DNA of 64,000 nt from Thermovirgaceae bacterium (lineage in GTDB: Bacteria; Synergistota; Synergistia; Synergistales; Thermovirgaceae): assembly GCA_046542505.1 (NCBI GenBank), contig JBKHBH010000001.1:770-64769 (forward strand), given 5' to 3'. This document shows, in pieces, positions 35,782 to 44,645 of the stretch (within the stretch, counting starts at the first letter, position 1; each line of letters starts with the position of its first letter). The notes under the pieces are model-generated. The model worked only from the letters and a program-made list of their open reading frames with translations, ran no database searches and had not been told where the DNA came from. A program made the translations under genes and the position numbers.

Positions 35782-36960
35782 TCAGGGGGTTTTGTGCAGG
35801 AAATCCCAGGCCGTTTGGGCCAGCAGGGCAGCCCCTGCGCTCAGGCATGTTTCATCAACGTCGAATTCGGGGTGGTGCCATTCCCGCGAGGGTTCATCGG
35901 TGGGGCTTACCCCGAGAAAAAAGAAGGCTCCCGGCACCTGCTGCAGGTAGATGGCGAAGTCCTCGCCGCCGCCGCTGGGGACAGGTTCGACGACGCTGTC
36001 CGGCCCGAGGGCCTCGAGGGCCGCTTTCCTGCCGATTTCGGCGCATTTGGCGTCATTGACCAGGGCGGGGAGGTCGAAGAAATAGTCAACTACGCCTTCA
36101 GTGTCCAGGGCTGAACAGGTGTGGCCGATGATGTTTTCCAGAAGTCGGGGCATCCGCTCCCGGGTCCGGGGGTCGTAGGTCCGGACGGTGCCCGTGAGTT
36201 CCACCCTGTCGGCGATGACGTTGTTGGCCTTTCCGCCGTGAATGGTGCCCAGGGAAACCACGGCCTGGTCGAAGGGGGAGACTTTCCGGCTAACCACGGT
36301 CTGGAGGTTCTGGATGACGGAAGCTGCGGCGACAATGGCGTCCCTTGTCCGGTGGGGCACGGCGCCGTGACCGCCTTCCCCGGTGATGGTGATTTTCATG
36401 GTGTCCACCGCCGCCATGAGAGGTCCCGCCTTGATGCCGGCCTTTCCGGCCCTGATGGCCGGGGCGGTATGGAGGCCAAATATGGCGTCCACTTTTGGGT
36501 CGTCGAGAATCCCTTCGGCCATCATGGTTTTTGCGCCCTTGTTGGTTTCCTCGGCGGGCTGGAAGATGAAGACCGCCGTCCCCGCCATGTCGTCGCTGTT
36601 TTCTGCCAGAAGCAAAGCCGCTCCGAGAACGCAGGTGGTGTGGACATCGTGACCGCAGGCGTGCATTACCCCCGGGTTGACGGAGGCATATTCCGCACCG
36701 GTCTTCTCTTCTATCGGCAGGGCGTCCATATCGGCCCGAAGCGCCACGCAGGAGCCGTCGGCAGAACCCCTCAGGATGCCGACCACGCCGGTTTTCGCCA
36801 CGCAGCGGCGGACTTCCATCCCGGATTCCTCCAGAATTCCGGCCACGATGTCCGCTGTCCGGTGTTCCTGGAAGCTCAGTTCCGGATGCCGGTGCAAATC
36901 GCGGCGGATTTCCGACAGTCTGGTTGAAAGGGCGGCCGCTTTGGAGGCCAGGTTTTTCAT
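35782..36960 (-). CDS. M20D-family amidohydrolase (N-acyl-L-amino acid / hippurate hydrolase type)
   Basis: Motifs [23 protein letters not shown] and HACGHDVH, 392 aa. Confidence 0.75.
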   Translation of the reverse strand: MKNLASKAAALSTRLSEIRRDLHRHPELSFQEHRTADIVAGILEESGMEVRRCVAKTGVVGILRGSADGSCVALRADMDALPIEEKTGAEYASVNPGVMHACGHDVHTTCVLGAALLLAENSDDMAGTAVFIFQPAEETNKGAKTMMAEGILDDPKVDAIFGLHTAPAIRAGKAGIKAGPLMAAVDTMKITITGEGGHGAVPHRTRDAIVAAASVIQNLQTVVSRKVSPFDQAVVSLGTIHGGKANNVIADRVELTGTVRTYDPRTRERMPRLLENIIGHTCSALDTEGVVDYFFDLPALVNDAKCAEIGRKAALEALGPDSVVEPVPSGGGEDFAIYLQQVPGAFFFLGVSPTDEPSREWHHPEFDVDETCLSAGAALLAQTAWDFLHKTP

Positions 36961-38252
36961 GAATTTCCCCCCTTTATCCCTTCCTGCCAGGGAAAGGCTG
37001 TCGCCCCGAGTTCAATCGGTGCGAGGTAAAGGGGTTTCCCGCGGCAGAGTCTGGAAACCTCACGCCGGTAGCGGGCCGGATCGAAACCTTCCGGTTCCTG
37101 CAGGATCCCCGAGATGATCCGTGCCGTCCGCTCGATCTCATTTTCTGCAAATCCCCTGGATGTCACCGCTGCGGTCCCGATCCTGATACCGCTGGTGACC
37201 CTCGGGGAGGCGGGGTCGAAGGGGATCATGTTTTTGTTGACGGTGATTCCCACCCGGGCAAGGGCTTCTTCGGCGGCCACGCCTGTCACCTTCCAGGGCC
37301 TGAGGTCCACGAGCATCAGGTGGTTGTCCGTGCCTCCGGAGACGATCCTCAGCCCTGCGTCGGCGAGGCATGCCGCCATGGTCCGGGCGTTGGCCCTGAC
37401 CTGCCTCGCGTAGCGGTGAAATTCTTCCGTAGCTGCCAGGTGGAAGGTGACGGCCTTTGCCAGAACATTCTGCAGGATGGGGCCGCCCTGGGTTCCCGGA
37501 AAGACGGCCTTGTCGACGGCGGAGGCGTGTTCCCGACGACAGAGGATGAATCCTCCACGGGCGCCGCGGAGGGTCTTGGTGGTGGTGCTGGTCACCGCGT
37601 CGGCCCAGGGCACGGGACTCGGGTGGATGCCGGCCGCGACCAGGCCGGCGATGTGGGCCATGTCCACCAACAGGTATGCCCCGGTTCGGTCCGCTATCTT
37701 GCGGAACCTGGGGAAATCGATGACTCTCGAGTAGGCACTGCCGCCTGCTACGATCATCCGGGGAGAGTGTTCCTTCGCGAGTTGTTCTACCTGGTCGTAA
37801 TCGATCTGTTCAGTCTGGGGATCGATGCCGTAGGAAAAGGCCTTGTAGTACTTCCCTGTAATGCTCACCCTGCTTCCGTGGGAGAGGTGCCCGCCGTGGC
37901 TGAGATCCATGCCGAGGATCGTGTCTCCCGGTTCGAGGAGGGCCATGTAGACGGCGAGGTTGGCGTTGACGCCGGAGTGAGGCTGTACGTTTGCGTGGTC
38001 CGCGCCGAAGAGCGCCCTGGCCCGTTCTATGGCGAGGTTCTCAATCTCGTCGATGACTTCGCAACCGCCATGGTATCTGTTGCCCGGGTACCCCTCGGCG
38101 TATTTGTTCGTCAAGACCGTTCCCTGGGCCTCCATGATACAGGAAGGGACGAAATTCTCCGAGGCGATGAGCTCGATGGTGGAGCTTTCGCGGACGGCTT
38201 CCCTGGCGATGAGCGCGGCGGCTTCAGGGTCGGCGGCGGTGAGGTGGTACAT
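36957..38252 (-). CDS. glyA: Serine hydroxymethyltransferase-family protein, divergent paralog
   Basis: ATG 38252 lies 8 nt after GGAGGAGG. Motifs [18 protein letters not shown] and NKN.IPFD. The canonical RYYGG reads RYHGG, and TTTTHKT reads TSTTTKT. Confidence 0.75.
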   Translation of the reverse strand: MYHLTAADPEAAALIAREAVRESSTIELIASENFVPSCIMEAQGTVLTNKYAEGYPGNRYHGGCEVIDEIENLAIERARALFGADHANVQPHSGVNANLAVYMALLEPGDTILGMDLSHGGHLSHGSRVSITGKYYKAFSYGIDPQTEQIDYDQVEQLAKEHSPRMIVAGGSAYSRVIDFPRFRKIADRTGAYLLVDMAHIAGLVAAGIHPSPVPWADAVTSTTTKTLRGARGGFILCRREHASAVDKAVFPGTQGGPILQNVLAKAVTFHLAATEEFHRYARQVRANARTMAACLADAGLRIVSGGTDNHLMLVDLRPWKVTGVAAEEALARVGITVNKNMIPFDPASPRVTSGIRIGTAAVTSRGFAENEIERTARIISGILQEPEGFDPARYRREVSRLCRGKPLYLAPIELGATAFPWQEGIKGGNS

Positions 38253-38295
38253 GAGGGATTCCTCCTCCATGAAATTTGAATTTTATTTGGCTGCG

Positions 38296-39885
38296 TCAGT
38301 TTTTTTGAAGCACTTTCCCGTGTCTTTGGCCCGTGACTTTGCCGTTTTTCAGGGCGAGCACACCATTCACGGCGACATGGATGATTCCTTCAGGATGCCG
38401 GCAGGGGTCGGTGTAGGTTCCCCGGTCGATGATCCTTCCGGCGTCAAAGACGGTGATGTCGGCAGCCATGCCGGGCCTGATGAGGCCGCGGTCAAGAAGG
38501 CCGATCCTCCGGCAGGGGTGTGACGTCATCTTGCGCACGGCTTCCTCCATGGGGAGCACCTTTTCGTCCCTGGAGTATTTCCCCAGAAAACGTGCCGTAG
38601 AGCCGAAGGCGCGGGGATGGGGCCTGCCGCCCACGATGGCGTCGGAACAGAGCATCATGTGGGGGCTTTTCATGATCGACTTCAGGTCTTCCTCCGAGCC
38701 GTAGAACTGGGTCATGGTGACGGCGTCGTCCTCCTCGACGAGGAGGTCGCAAACGACGTCGAGGGGGTCCTTGCCCGTCTGCGAGGCTATTTCCGTAACG
38801 GTCTTGCCTTCGGCGAAACGGTTTTTGTCCGTCTTGACGGAGTTAATAAGAATGCTGTCCCAACCGCAGGTTGCGATCCAGTTCTCCCATTTGTCGTCCG
38901 TTTCGCCCGACTGCGCCTTGCGGATGTCTTCTCTCACGGCGGGATCGGCCAACGCCTCAAGAAGGCTTTCAGTTCCTCCCGTATGGAACCTGGGCGGGAT
39001 GACGGCGTCGAGCATGGTGCTTCCTGCCGTGTAGGGGTATTGGTCGAAGGTGACTTCGAGTCCCTGTTCCCTGAAGCTCTCGATGAGTTCCAGGGCGCTT
39101 TCCGACTTGCCCCAGTTTCGCTTGCCGGCCACCTTGAGGTGGGAGATGTGGAGAGGGCAGTCGGCCTCGAGGCAGATGCCGCCTACTTCGAGGATGGATT
39201 CGAGCAGGTCGTCACCCTCGTTTCGCATGTGCACCACGAAGAAACCGCCCCTGCTTCCGGTGGTCCTGCAAAGTTCGACCAGTTCCTTCCTGTCGGCGTA
39301 CATGCCGGGAGGATAGATAAGGCCTGTCGAGAGTCCGCAGGCCCCTTCGTCAAGGGCTTCTGCGAGGATGTCCTTCATGCGGTCCGTTTCGGCTGCCGAG
39401 GCGGGACGGTTTTCCCAGCCCAGGGCCATGGCCCGGACGGCGCCGTGGGGAACGAGCATGGCCGTGTTGACGGCTGACTTGGCACGGTTTACGGCGTCCA
39501 GGTACTCGGCCATGGTGTTCCAGGGCCATTCTTCGAGCCAGGTTCCAAGAAGTCCGGAGACACGCCGCATCATCGGCTTCTTGTTGGCTTCGTCCAGGGG
39601 TGCCACGGAGAGTCCGTCCTGCCCGAGAAGGGCTGTGGTGATGCCCTGGTGAAGTTTTTCCTCCTCGCCGGGATGTACGAAAAGCCGAAGGTCAGAATGG
39701 GTGTGGGCGTCGACGAATCCCGGGCACAGGAGGGCGCCTCCAAGATCCAGTGTTTCGACGGCTTCCGCGTCGAGCCCGTTTTTTACCGCTGAGATTTTCC
39801 CGTCCCGGACTCCCACATTGGCTGAGAACCAGGGGCTTCCACTTCCATCGATGATGCGCGCGTTTTTGAAGAGAATATCAAGCAT
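38296..39885 (-). CDS. D-aminoacylase (N-acyl-D-amino-acid deacylase) family amidohydrolase, paralog 1 (529 aa)
   Basis: Motifs PGFVDAHTHSD, VVHMRNE, HISHLK and CSDA. It has GQDGLS where paralogs 2 and 3 have GNCG(I/L)S. Confidence 0.75.
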   Translation of the reverse strand: MLDILFKNARIIDGSGSPWFSANVGVRDGKISAVKNGLDAEAVETLDLGGALLCPGFVDAHTHSDLRLFVHPGEEEKLHQGITTALLGQDGLSVAPLDEANKKPMMRRVSGLLGTWLEEWPWNTMAEYLDAVNRAKSAVNTAMLVPHGAVRAMALGWENRPASAAETDRMKDILAEALDEGACGLSTGLIYPPGMYADRKELVELCRTTGSRGGFFVVHMRNEGDDLLESILEVGGICLEADCPLHISHLKVAGKRNWGKSESALELIESFREQGLEVTFDQYPYTAGSTMLDAVIPPRFHTGGTESLLEALADPAVREDIRKAQSGETDDKWENWIATCGWDSILINSVKTDKNRFAEGKTVTEIASQTGKDPLDVVCDLLVEEDDAVTMTQFYGSEEDLKSIMKSPHMMLCSDAIVGGRPHPRAFGSTARFLGKYSRDEKVLPMEEAVRKMTSHPCRRIGLLDRGLIRPGMAADITVFDAGRIIDRGTYTDPCRHPEGIIHVAVNGVLALKNGKVTGQRHGKVLQKN

Positions 39886-41209
39886 TGGCCGACCTTCTTT
39901 CTTGCGAAATGATTTCCTGGCGTCTCTCTTGATAATCGTGCGCCAGGTGGTACAGCCTTTCCGGCCGTCCGCGCCTTCCCAGGTATCTTTTCCCGCAGGT
40001 CTGGATTAGGCCGAGGTGGAGGAGAGTTGAGATGATTTTGCGGGCGGCTTTTTTCGTGACGCCTATGAGATCCGAGAACTGTGACGGAGAAAAGGGCGGC
40101 TCAAGGATAGTGGCTGCGTTAAGGTATCGCGTGAAGCTCGAGACGGTGATTCCGGCTCCTTCAATGATACGCGCCCCTCCAGCATTTGGAAGAAGGAGGC
40201 TGGAGCAGGTCTCGCCTCCGATGGGGAAGGTTTTTTCGTTGTCGATGAGGTATGCTGTGTCACCGCCGTCGAGGGTGGTCATTTCGAGGGCTTTTTCGGC
40301 GGCCTTCTCTGCAACGGCGATGTTCGGCCCCACACCGTAGCCGACGTCGGTTTTGATTCCCGTGCCGCAGGTGACGACGTGGGAAAGTTCGTTCCGCGAA
40401 AAATCCCGGGTCTGGGCGCGGAGCTGGCCGAGGTTCTGGATGATCAAAAAGCTTCGATGATCCCTTGGGGCAACAAGGAGGTTGTATTTCTCGGAATAGG
40501 TCAGCAAGGCTTGGTGGACGGCGAGTACCTTGCGGTCGAATCCTGTGTTTGCCTTGTCTTCGAAGCGCGGGGTGACGAGACCGACCACGGCCTTCAGGGA
40601 GTCGCTGGAAATCTTCTCGATTTCGAGGTTAAGAAGCTGGATGGTCCGGCGAATCGTTGATACGGCTGGTGTGACATGGAAAGAGGGGACACGGGAGGAG
40701 GCCATGGAATTCTTGACGCTTTCAACACATGTCACTGCGAAGTCGGTGAGCCCGCGGTCGTACAAGTCGGTGTGAAAACGCCTAAAGTCTTCGGTGGAGT
40801 TTTTTTGTGTCGTGTAGGGTAGCGTGTATATGGCGCGGACCTTCAGTTTCGTCTCCCGCAGCACCTCAAAGACTTCGTTTTTCTCAACGGTGTCGACGCT
40901 GAAACGGCACCCTTTCTCTTTCGATGCACACATGGAGAGGGCGGCGTTCAAGAGGGCGACCACAAGGCCAGAAGATTCGGCAGGCACATAGCCCCAGGGG
41001 CATTTCCTGTCTACGGAAGCCGAGGCGACAAAATACGGGATCGGTCCTGTAAAAAAAAGACCTTCCGACTTTTCCTGCGCAGACCTGACTAGCAGGGGGA
41101 CCTCGTAGAAATCCCTGTAGACAAAGCCTTCCGGAGGGGAGAGAAAGAATGAAGATGCTTCCTCCAAAATTTTTTCCACAACCTTGGCGGGGCCGATAAC
41201 TCCGATCAT
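39878..41209 (-). CDS. Putative transcriptional regulator of unrecognised architecture (443 aa) with a C-terminal wHTH-like segment
   Basis: The C-terminal DLIGVTKKAARKIISTLLHLGLIQTCGKRYLGRRGRPERLY looks like a winged HTH. The roughly 370-aa N-terminal region is not recognisable by eye. 8-nt overlap with the downstream gene, and a near-consensus promoter upstream. Confidence 0.4.
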   Translation of the reverse strand: MIGVIGPAKVVEKILEEASSFFLSPPEGFVYRDFYEVPLLVRSAQEKSEGLFFTGPIPYFVASASVDRKCPWGYVPAESSGLVVALLNAALSMCASKEKGCRFSVDTVEKNEVFEVLRETKLKVRAIYTLPYTTQKNSTEDFRRFHTDLYDRGLTDFAVTCVESVKNSMASSRVPSFHVTPAVSTIRRTIQLLNLEIEKISSDSLKAVVGLVTPRFEDKANTGFDRKVLAVHQALLTYSEKYNLLVAPRDHRSFLIIQNLGQLRAQTRDFSRNELSHVVTCGTGIKTDVGYGVGPNIAVAEKAAEKALEMTTLDGGDTAYLIDNEKTFPIGGETCSSLLLPNAGGARIIEGAGITVSSFTRYLNAATILEPPFSPSQFSDLIGVTKKAARKIISTLLHLGLIQTCGKRYLGRRGRPERLYHLAHDYQERRQEIISQERRSANA

Positions 41210-41247
41210 CCGTCAGCCTTTCCTTCAACTGCGAGAAATTGCGTCTA

Positions 41248-41275
41248 ATTATACGGAGGGGGTTCATTTTGTCAA
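41248..41275 (-). promoter_or_regulatory. Consensus-like promoter TTGACA-16 nt-TATAAT (minus strand) for the regulator / D-aminoacylase / glyA / M20D operon
   Basis: On the plus strand, ATTATA lies at 41248-41253 and TGTCAA at 41270-41275. Confidence 0.6.
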
Positions 41276-41444
41276 AGAGAAAAAGCCCCGGCCTGCCCCG
41301 TGTCTTTGGGGCGGATGGGGCCAAAAAGGCGAAATGTCTTTGAAACAGCTGAATTTTCTGATTCCTGTCCTCGCATTTTAAGAAAGGAGGAGAAGTAACC
41401 AAGATAACACAACAACGTATCACAGAAATATGTATTAGACGCTT

Positions 41445-41474
41445 TTGACAGAACGCTGTAAAAGGGACTAATAT
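41445..41474 (+). promoter_or_regulatory. Candidate promoter TTGACA-18 nt-TAATAT for the TRAP operon
   Basis: Hexamers at 41445-41450 and 41469-41474. Confidence 0.45.
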
Positions 41475-41497
41475 AACGGCCTTGGGTTCGGGAATTT

Positions 41498-41511
41498 ATA
41501 CAACATTGTAT
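41498..41511. promoter_or_regulatory. Inverted repeat ATACAA-CA-TTGTAT between promoter and RBS (operator candidate)
   Basis: Perfect 6-bp arms, located about 20 nt downstream of the -10 and 22 nt upstream of the dctP start. Confidence 0.35.
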
Positions 41512-41532
41512 CCAAGAGGAGGCGAAGGTATA

Positions 41533-42624
41533 GTGAGCAAAAAGGCAAGTTTTCGAATGAGTTGGGTTCTGTTCCCCCTGGTTGCCGTGTTCCTGCTTCT
41601 GGGAGCGGTATCCCAACCGGCGGCTGCAGCGGAGTACGAGTGGAGGATGGCCATGCCCTGGTCGGTCCCGGCGCAGGACAAGATCCATGACGAGTTTATC
41701 GAAAACGTAAAAGAATTTACCGACGGCAAGGTGGAGATCACCTATTATCCCGACGGGCAGCTCGGAGCGCATGACGAGATTTTCCACTCCGTCCAGGACG
41801 GCTCCGTCGAGATCGGGTATTTCGCCCCTTACGTGAACCTCGTGCCGGGCGGAGTCCTGAACTGGATGCCCTGGACGGTGACCAACTGGGAAGAGGCGGC
41901 AATAGCCTTTGACAGAGAGGACGGTATTCTCTGGGAAGTCATGGAAAAGGCCTATAACGAGGTCGGTATGAGTATGCTCTACCAGGCCTCCTACGGTCCT
42001 TATGGCATTGGCAACAACGAGAGGCCCCTGAAGAGCCCAGAAGACCTGAAAAACCTGAAATTGCGGGTCTCCTCCTCCCTTGGCCTCGTGCGGATGCTCC
42101 AGAACATGGGCAAGGGAACAGGGATGACCCTCGAAACGATTCCGTGGGCAGACCTTTACGACGCTCTCGGCAAGGGAGTCGTCGACGGGTGCTGGAGCAT
42201 GTGGCCCTCTCTCATCGAACTCCGCCACGCCGAGGTTCTCAAATATTACTCGGACCTCAACTTTGCGTGGGACATGAACAACATCGTCATCAACAAGGAG
42301 GTTTGGGACAGCGTTCCCGCAGATGTGCAGGAAGGCATCATCCGCGCGGCCGGTATCGCCCAGAAGGCGCTTTTCGAGAACCAGCAGAAACTTGAGAAGG
42401 AATTCATAGCCACCCTCGAAGACATGGAAGATTTCGAGATTTACTTCCTCAGCGACGAAGAACGGGAAGCCTTCCGCGAGGCCTCGGACATGGGACCTGT
42501 ATGGGAAGAGCTTTGCAAGCCCTGGCTGGACAAACAATACCCGGGAGAGAACATGACCCAGAAGGTGCAGGACGAACTCGAACGGATCCACCAGGAAGTC
42601 CTCGCCGAACAAGAGTCAAACTGA
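41533..42624 (+). CDS. dctP: TRAP transporter substrate-binding protein (DctP family)
   Basis: GTG 41533 follows AGAGGAGG and gives the signal peptide MSKKASFRMSWVLFPLVAVFLLLGAVSQPAAA. DctP-like body. Confidence 0.75.
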   Translation: MSKKASFRMSWVLFPLVAVFLLLGAVSQPAAAAEYEWRMAMPWSVPAQDKIHDEFIENVKEFTDGKVEITYYPDGQLGAHDEIFHSVQDGSVEIGYFAPYVNLVPGGVLNWMPWTVTNWEEAAIAFDREDGILWEVMEKAYNEVGMSMLYQASYGPYGIGNNERPLKSPEDLKNLKLRVSSSLGLVRMLQNMGKGTGMTLETIPWADLYDALGKGVVDGCWSMWPSLIELRHAEVLKYYSDLNFAWDMNNIVINKEVWDSVPADVQEGIIRAAGIAQKALFENQQKLEKEFIATLEDMEDFEIYFLSDEEREAFREASDMGPVWEELCKPWLDKQYPGENMTQKVQDELERIHQEVLAEQESN

Positions 42625-42659
42625 TCCCGGTTCAACAAGTCTGACAACTGCCTGACCCG

Positions 42660-42710
42660 AAAGAGCGCAGGCAAGGCGGGTCCGCCCGGACCCGAGCGCC
42701 TGTGCTCTTT
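42660..42710 (+). other. Long intercistronic stem-loop between dctP and dctQ
   Basis: 13-bp outer stem AAAGAGCGCAGGC (42660-42672) / GCCTGTGCTCTTT (42698-42710) including one G-U, with an inner stem GGGTCC/GGACCC. No U-tract. Confidence 0.6.
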
Positions 42711-42736
42711 CAAATTCCGGAACAGAGGTGTTTTAA

Positions 42737-43264
42737 ATGCGTCTTTCAGGAATTAGTGACAGAATTTTTGCCATAATCTCATTCCTCGAGAACCTCCTCT
42801 GCTATGTGGGAATCCTTGGAGTGACCTTTCTCGTCTTTTTCAATGTGCTCAATCGGTATCTTTTTCGCTTCGAAGTCATGTGGATCGGGGATTTTTCGCT
42901 CTATATGTTCATGATTTTCGTCTTCGCCTGCATTGTTTTAACTACACGCGAGCGGGGGCACACCTCGGTGGAGGTGTTGGTGCAGAAGGTCAAAGAGAAA
43001 TTTCCGGGGGTGGAAAGGCCCTACAGAGTGTTTCTCCTGATGCTTTCCTTCGTGACGGCGGCGGTTTTCACGATCCCAGTACTTCATTTTGCCCAGCGGA
43101 GCATGCGTTACCCCCAGTGGGGGACGCTGGTGCGCTGGTTTAACACGAGCTGGATCATGCAGGCCATGTTCATCATGATGGTCCTGATCCTTGCCCACAT
43201 GATACGGCAGCTGATCATCGAAATATATGCCGGCTCTTCGCGAAAAGAGCCTGGCGCTGAATAG
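42737..43264 (+). CDS. dctQ: TRAP transporter small permease (DctQ family)
   Basis: 175 aa, 4 TM segments, positioned between dctP and dctM. Confidence 0.75.
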   Translation: MRLSGISDRIFAIISFLENLLCYVGILGVTFLVFFNVLNRYLFRFEVMWIGDFSLYMFMIFVFACIVLTTRERGHTSVEVLVQKVKEKFPGVERPYRVFLLMLSFVTAAVFTIPVLHFAQRSMRYPQWGTLVRWFNTSWIMQAMFIMMVLILAHMIRQLIIEIYAGSSRKEPGAE

Positions 43265-43276
43265 GGAGGGGCCCTA

Positions 43277-44608
43277 ATGGAAATCGGTGCAATTGTCGCA
43301 ATTACCTTGTTCCTCATCACTTTGACCATCGGGCTCCCCATCGGGTGGGTGTTTCTCGTCGGCGCCGCCTCCGGTGTCCTGATCCTTGGTGGGGACATGA
43401 ACTTTATGGCCAGTACCTTTTATCATTCGATAAACAATTACGTGCTCATGGCCGTGGCGTTCTTCGTCTTTGCGGGGAGCCTGATTTCGGCGACGAGTCT
43501 GGCTGACAGGATTGTCCGTTTTTCTCATGCCCTGGTGGGCAAGGTCAGGGGTGGGCTCGTCCTGGTCGGCATCATCGCGACGGTTATCATGAGCGCCCTG
43601 ACAGGGTCATCGCTGCCCACTATTTCGGCTTTGATCCCGCTCATGGTGCCGAGGCTGGCTCGCCTCGGCTACAAGAAAGCCTACACCACGGCCGTTTTGT
43701 GCTCGGCGAGCTTTCTGGGCTACCTCATACCGCCGAGCGTTCCAGCACTCATTTATTGCATGGTCGCGCAACAATCGGTGGCCGCCCTCTTTCTGGCCAC
43801 TGTCATCCCGGGACTTCTTCTCGCCACCGGCTATGCTCTTTTGAACTACTTTATCTCTCCACGGTACATGATCCCGATGGAAAGCACAGAATCGGAAGAA
43901 TGGCAGGCCAGATCCAGGATGAAGGAACTCTTGTCCGCCACGTGGTCCGCTCTTCCGGCCCTTGGAGTTCCCACGCTGATTCTCGTCGGAATCTACGGTG
44001 GAATCTTCACCCCAAACGAGGCGGGGGCGGTTGCCATTGTCTACTGCCTCTTCATAGGCTTTTTCGTCTACCGTGACCTCAACAGGAAGTCTTTGAAGGA
44101 GGCTCTCTATTCTGCGGTTCTCACCCAGGGGATGATGGGGCTTTTGCTGGGCGGAGGTACTGTTTTCACCCGCTTCTTGATACGCCAGGGTGCCGCGCAG
44201 GCTTTTGCTGGAGCCATGCTGGGCATGTTTGACAGCAAGGTCCTGGTGCTTCTTTCGGTGAACGTCTTCCTTTTGATACTGGGCATGTTCATCGACGGGA
44301 TACCCATCCTGATCCTGGCAGTTCCCATGATCCTCCCCCTGATGGCGGAGCTGGATGTCAACCTCATTCACCTGGGCGCGATCGTCATCGTCAACGTGGG
44401 GCTTGGAGTGGTGACGCCGCCCTATGCCATTTCGATCTTTGTAGGACAACGCCTGGCCGGGGTTGGATACGGGGAACTGGTCAAGCCCATGATGATCTTT
44501 TTCCTCCTCGTGGGTGTACCAGTGCTTCTTCTCACGACCTATATCCCGGCCGTTTCGTGCTGGCTGCCGACGGTGATTCTGGGTCCGCGATTCGTCGGAC
44601 CATGGTAA
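43277..44608 (+). CDS. dctM: TRAP transporter large permease (DctM family)
   Basis: 443 aa, polytopic, with typical DctM length and position. Confidence 0.8.
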   Translation: MEIGAIVAITLFLITLTIGLPIGWVFLVGAASGVLILGGDMNFMASTFYHSINNYVLMAVAFFVFAGSLISATSLADRIVRFSHALVGKVRGGLVLVGIIATVIMSALTGSSLPTISALIPLMVPRLARLGYKKAYTTAVLCSASFLGYLIPPSVPALIYCMVAQQSVAALFLATVIPGLLLATGYALLNYFISPRYMIPMESTESEEWQARSRMKELLSATWSALPALGVPTLILVGIYGGIFTPNEAGAVAIVYCLFIGFFVYRDLNRKSLKEALYSAVLTQGMMGLLLGGGTVFTRFLIRQGAAQAFAGAMLGMFDSKVLVLLSVNVFLLILGMFIDGIPILILAVPMILPLMAELDVNLIHLGAIVIVNVGLGVVTPPYAISIFVGQRLAGVGYGELVKPMMIFFLLVGVPVLLLTTYIPAVSCWLPTVILGPRFVGPW

Positions 44609-44645
44609 GGTCCGGTGTGATACAAAAGAGAGGAGTCCTTGGTAC

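Noticed and set aside
41272-42612. 446-aa minus-strand ORF opposite dctP
   Set aside because: The plus-strand gene has an RBS, a signal peptide and operon context. The antisense frame has none.
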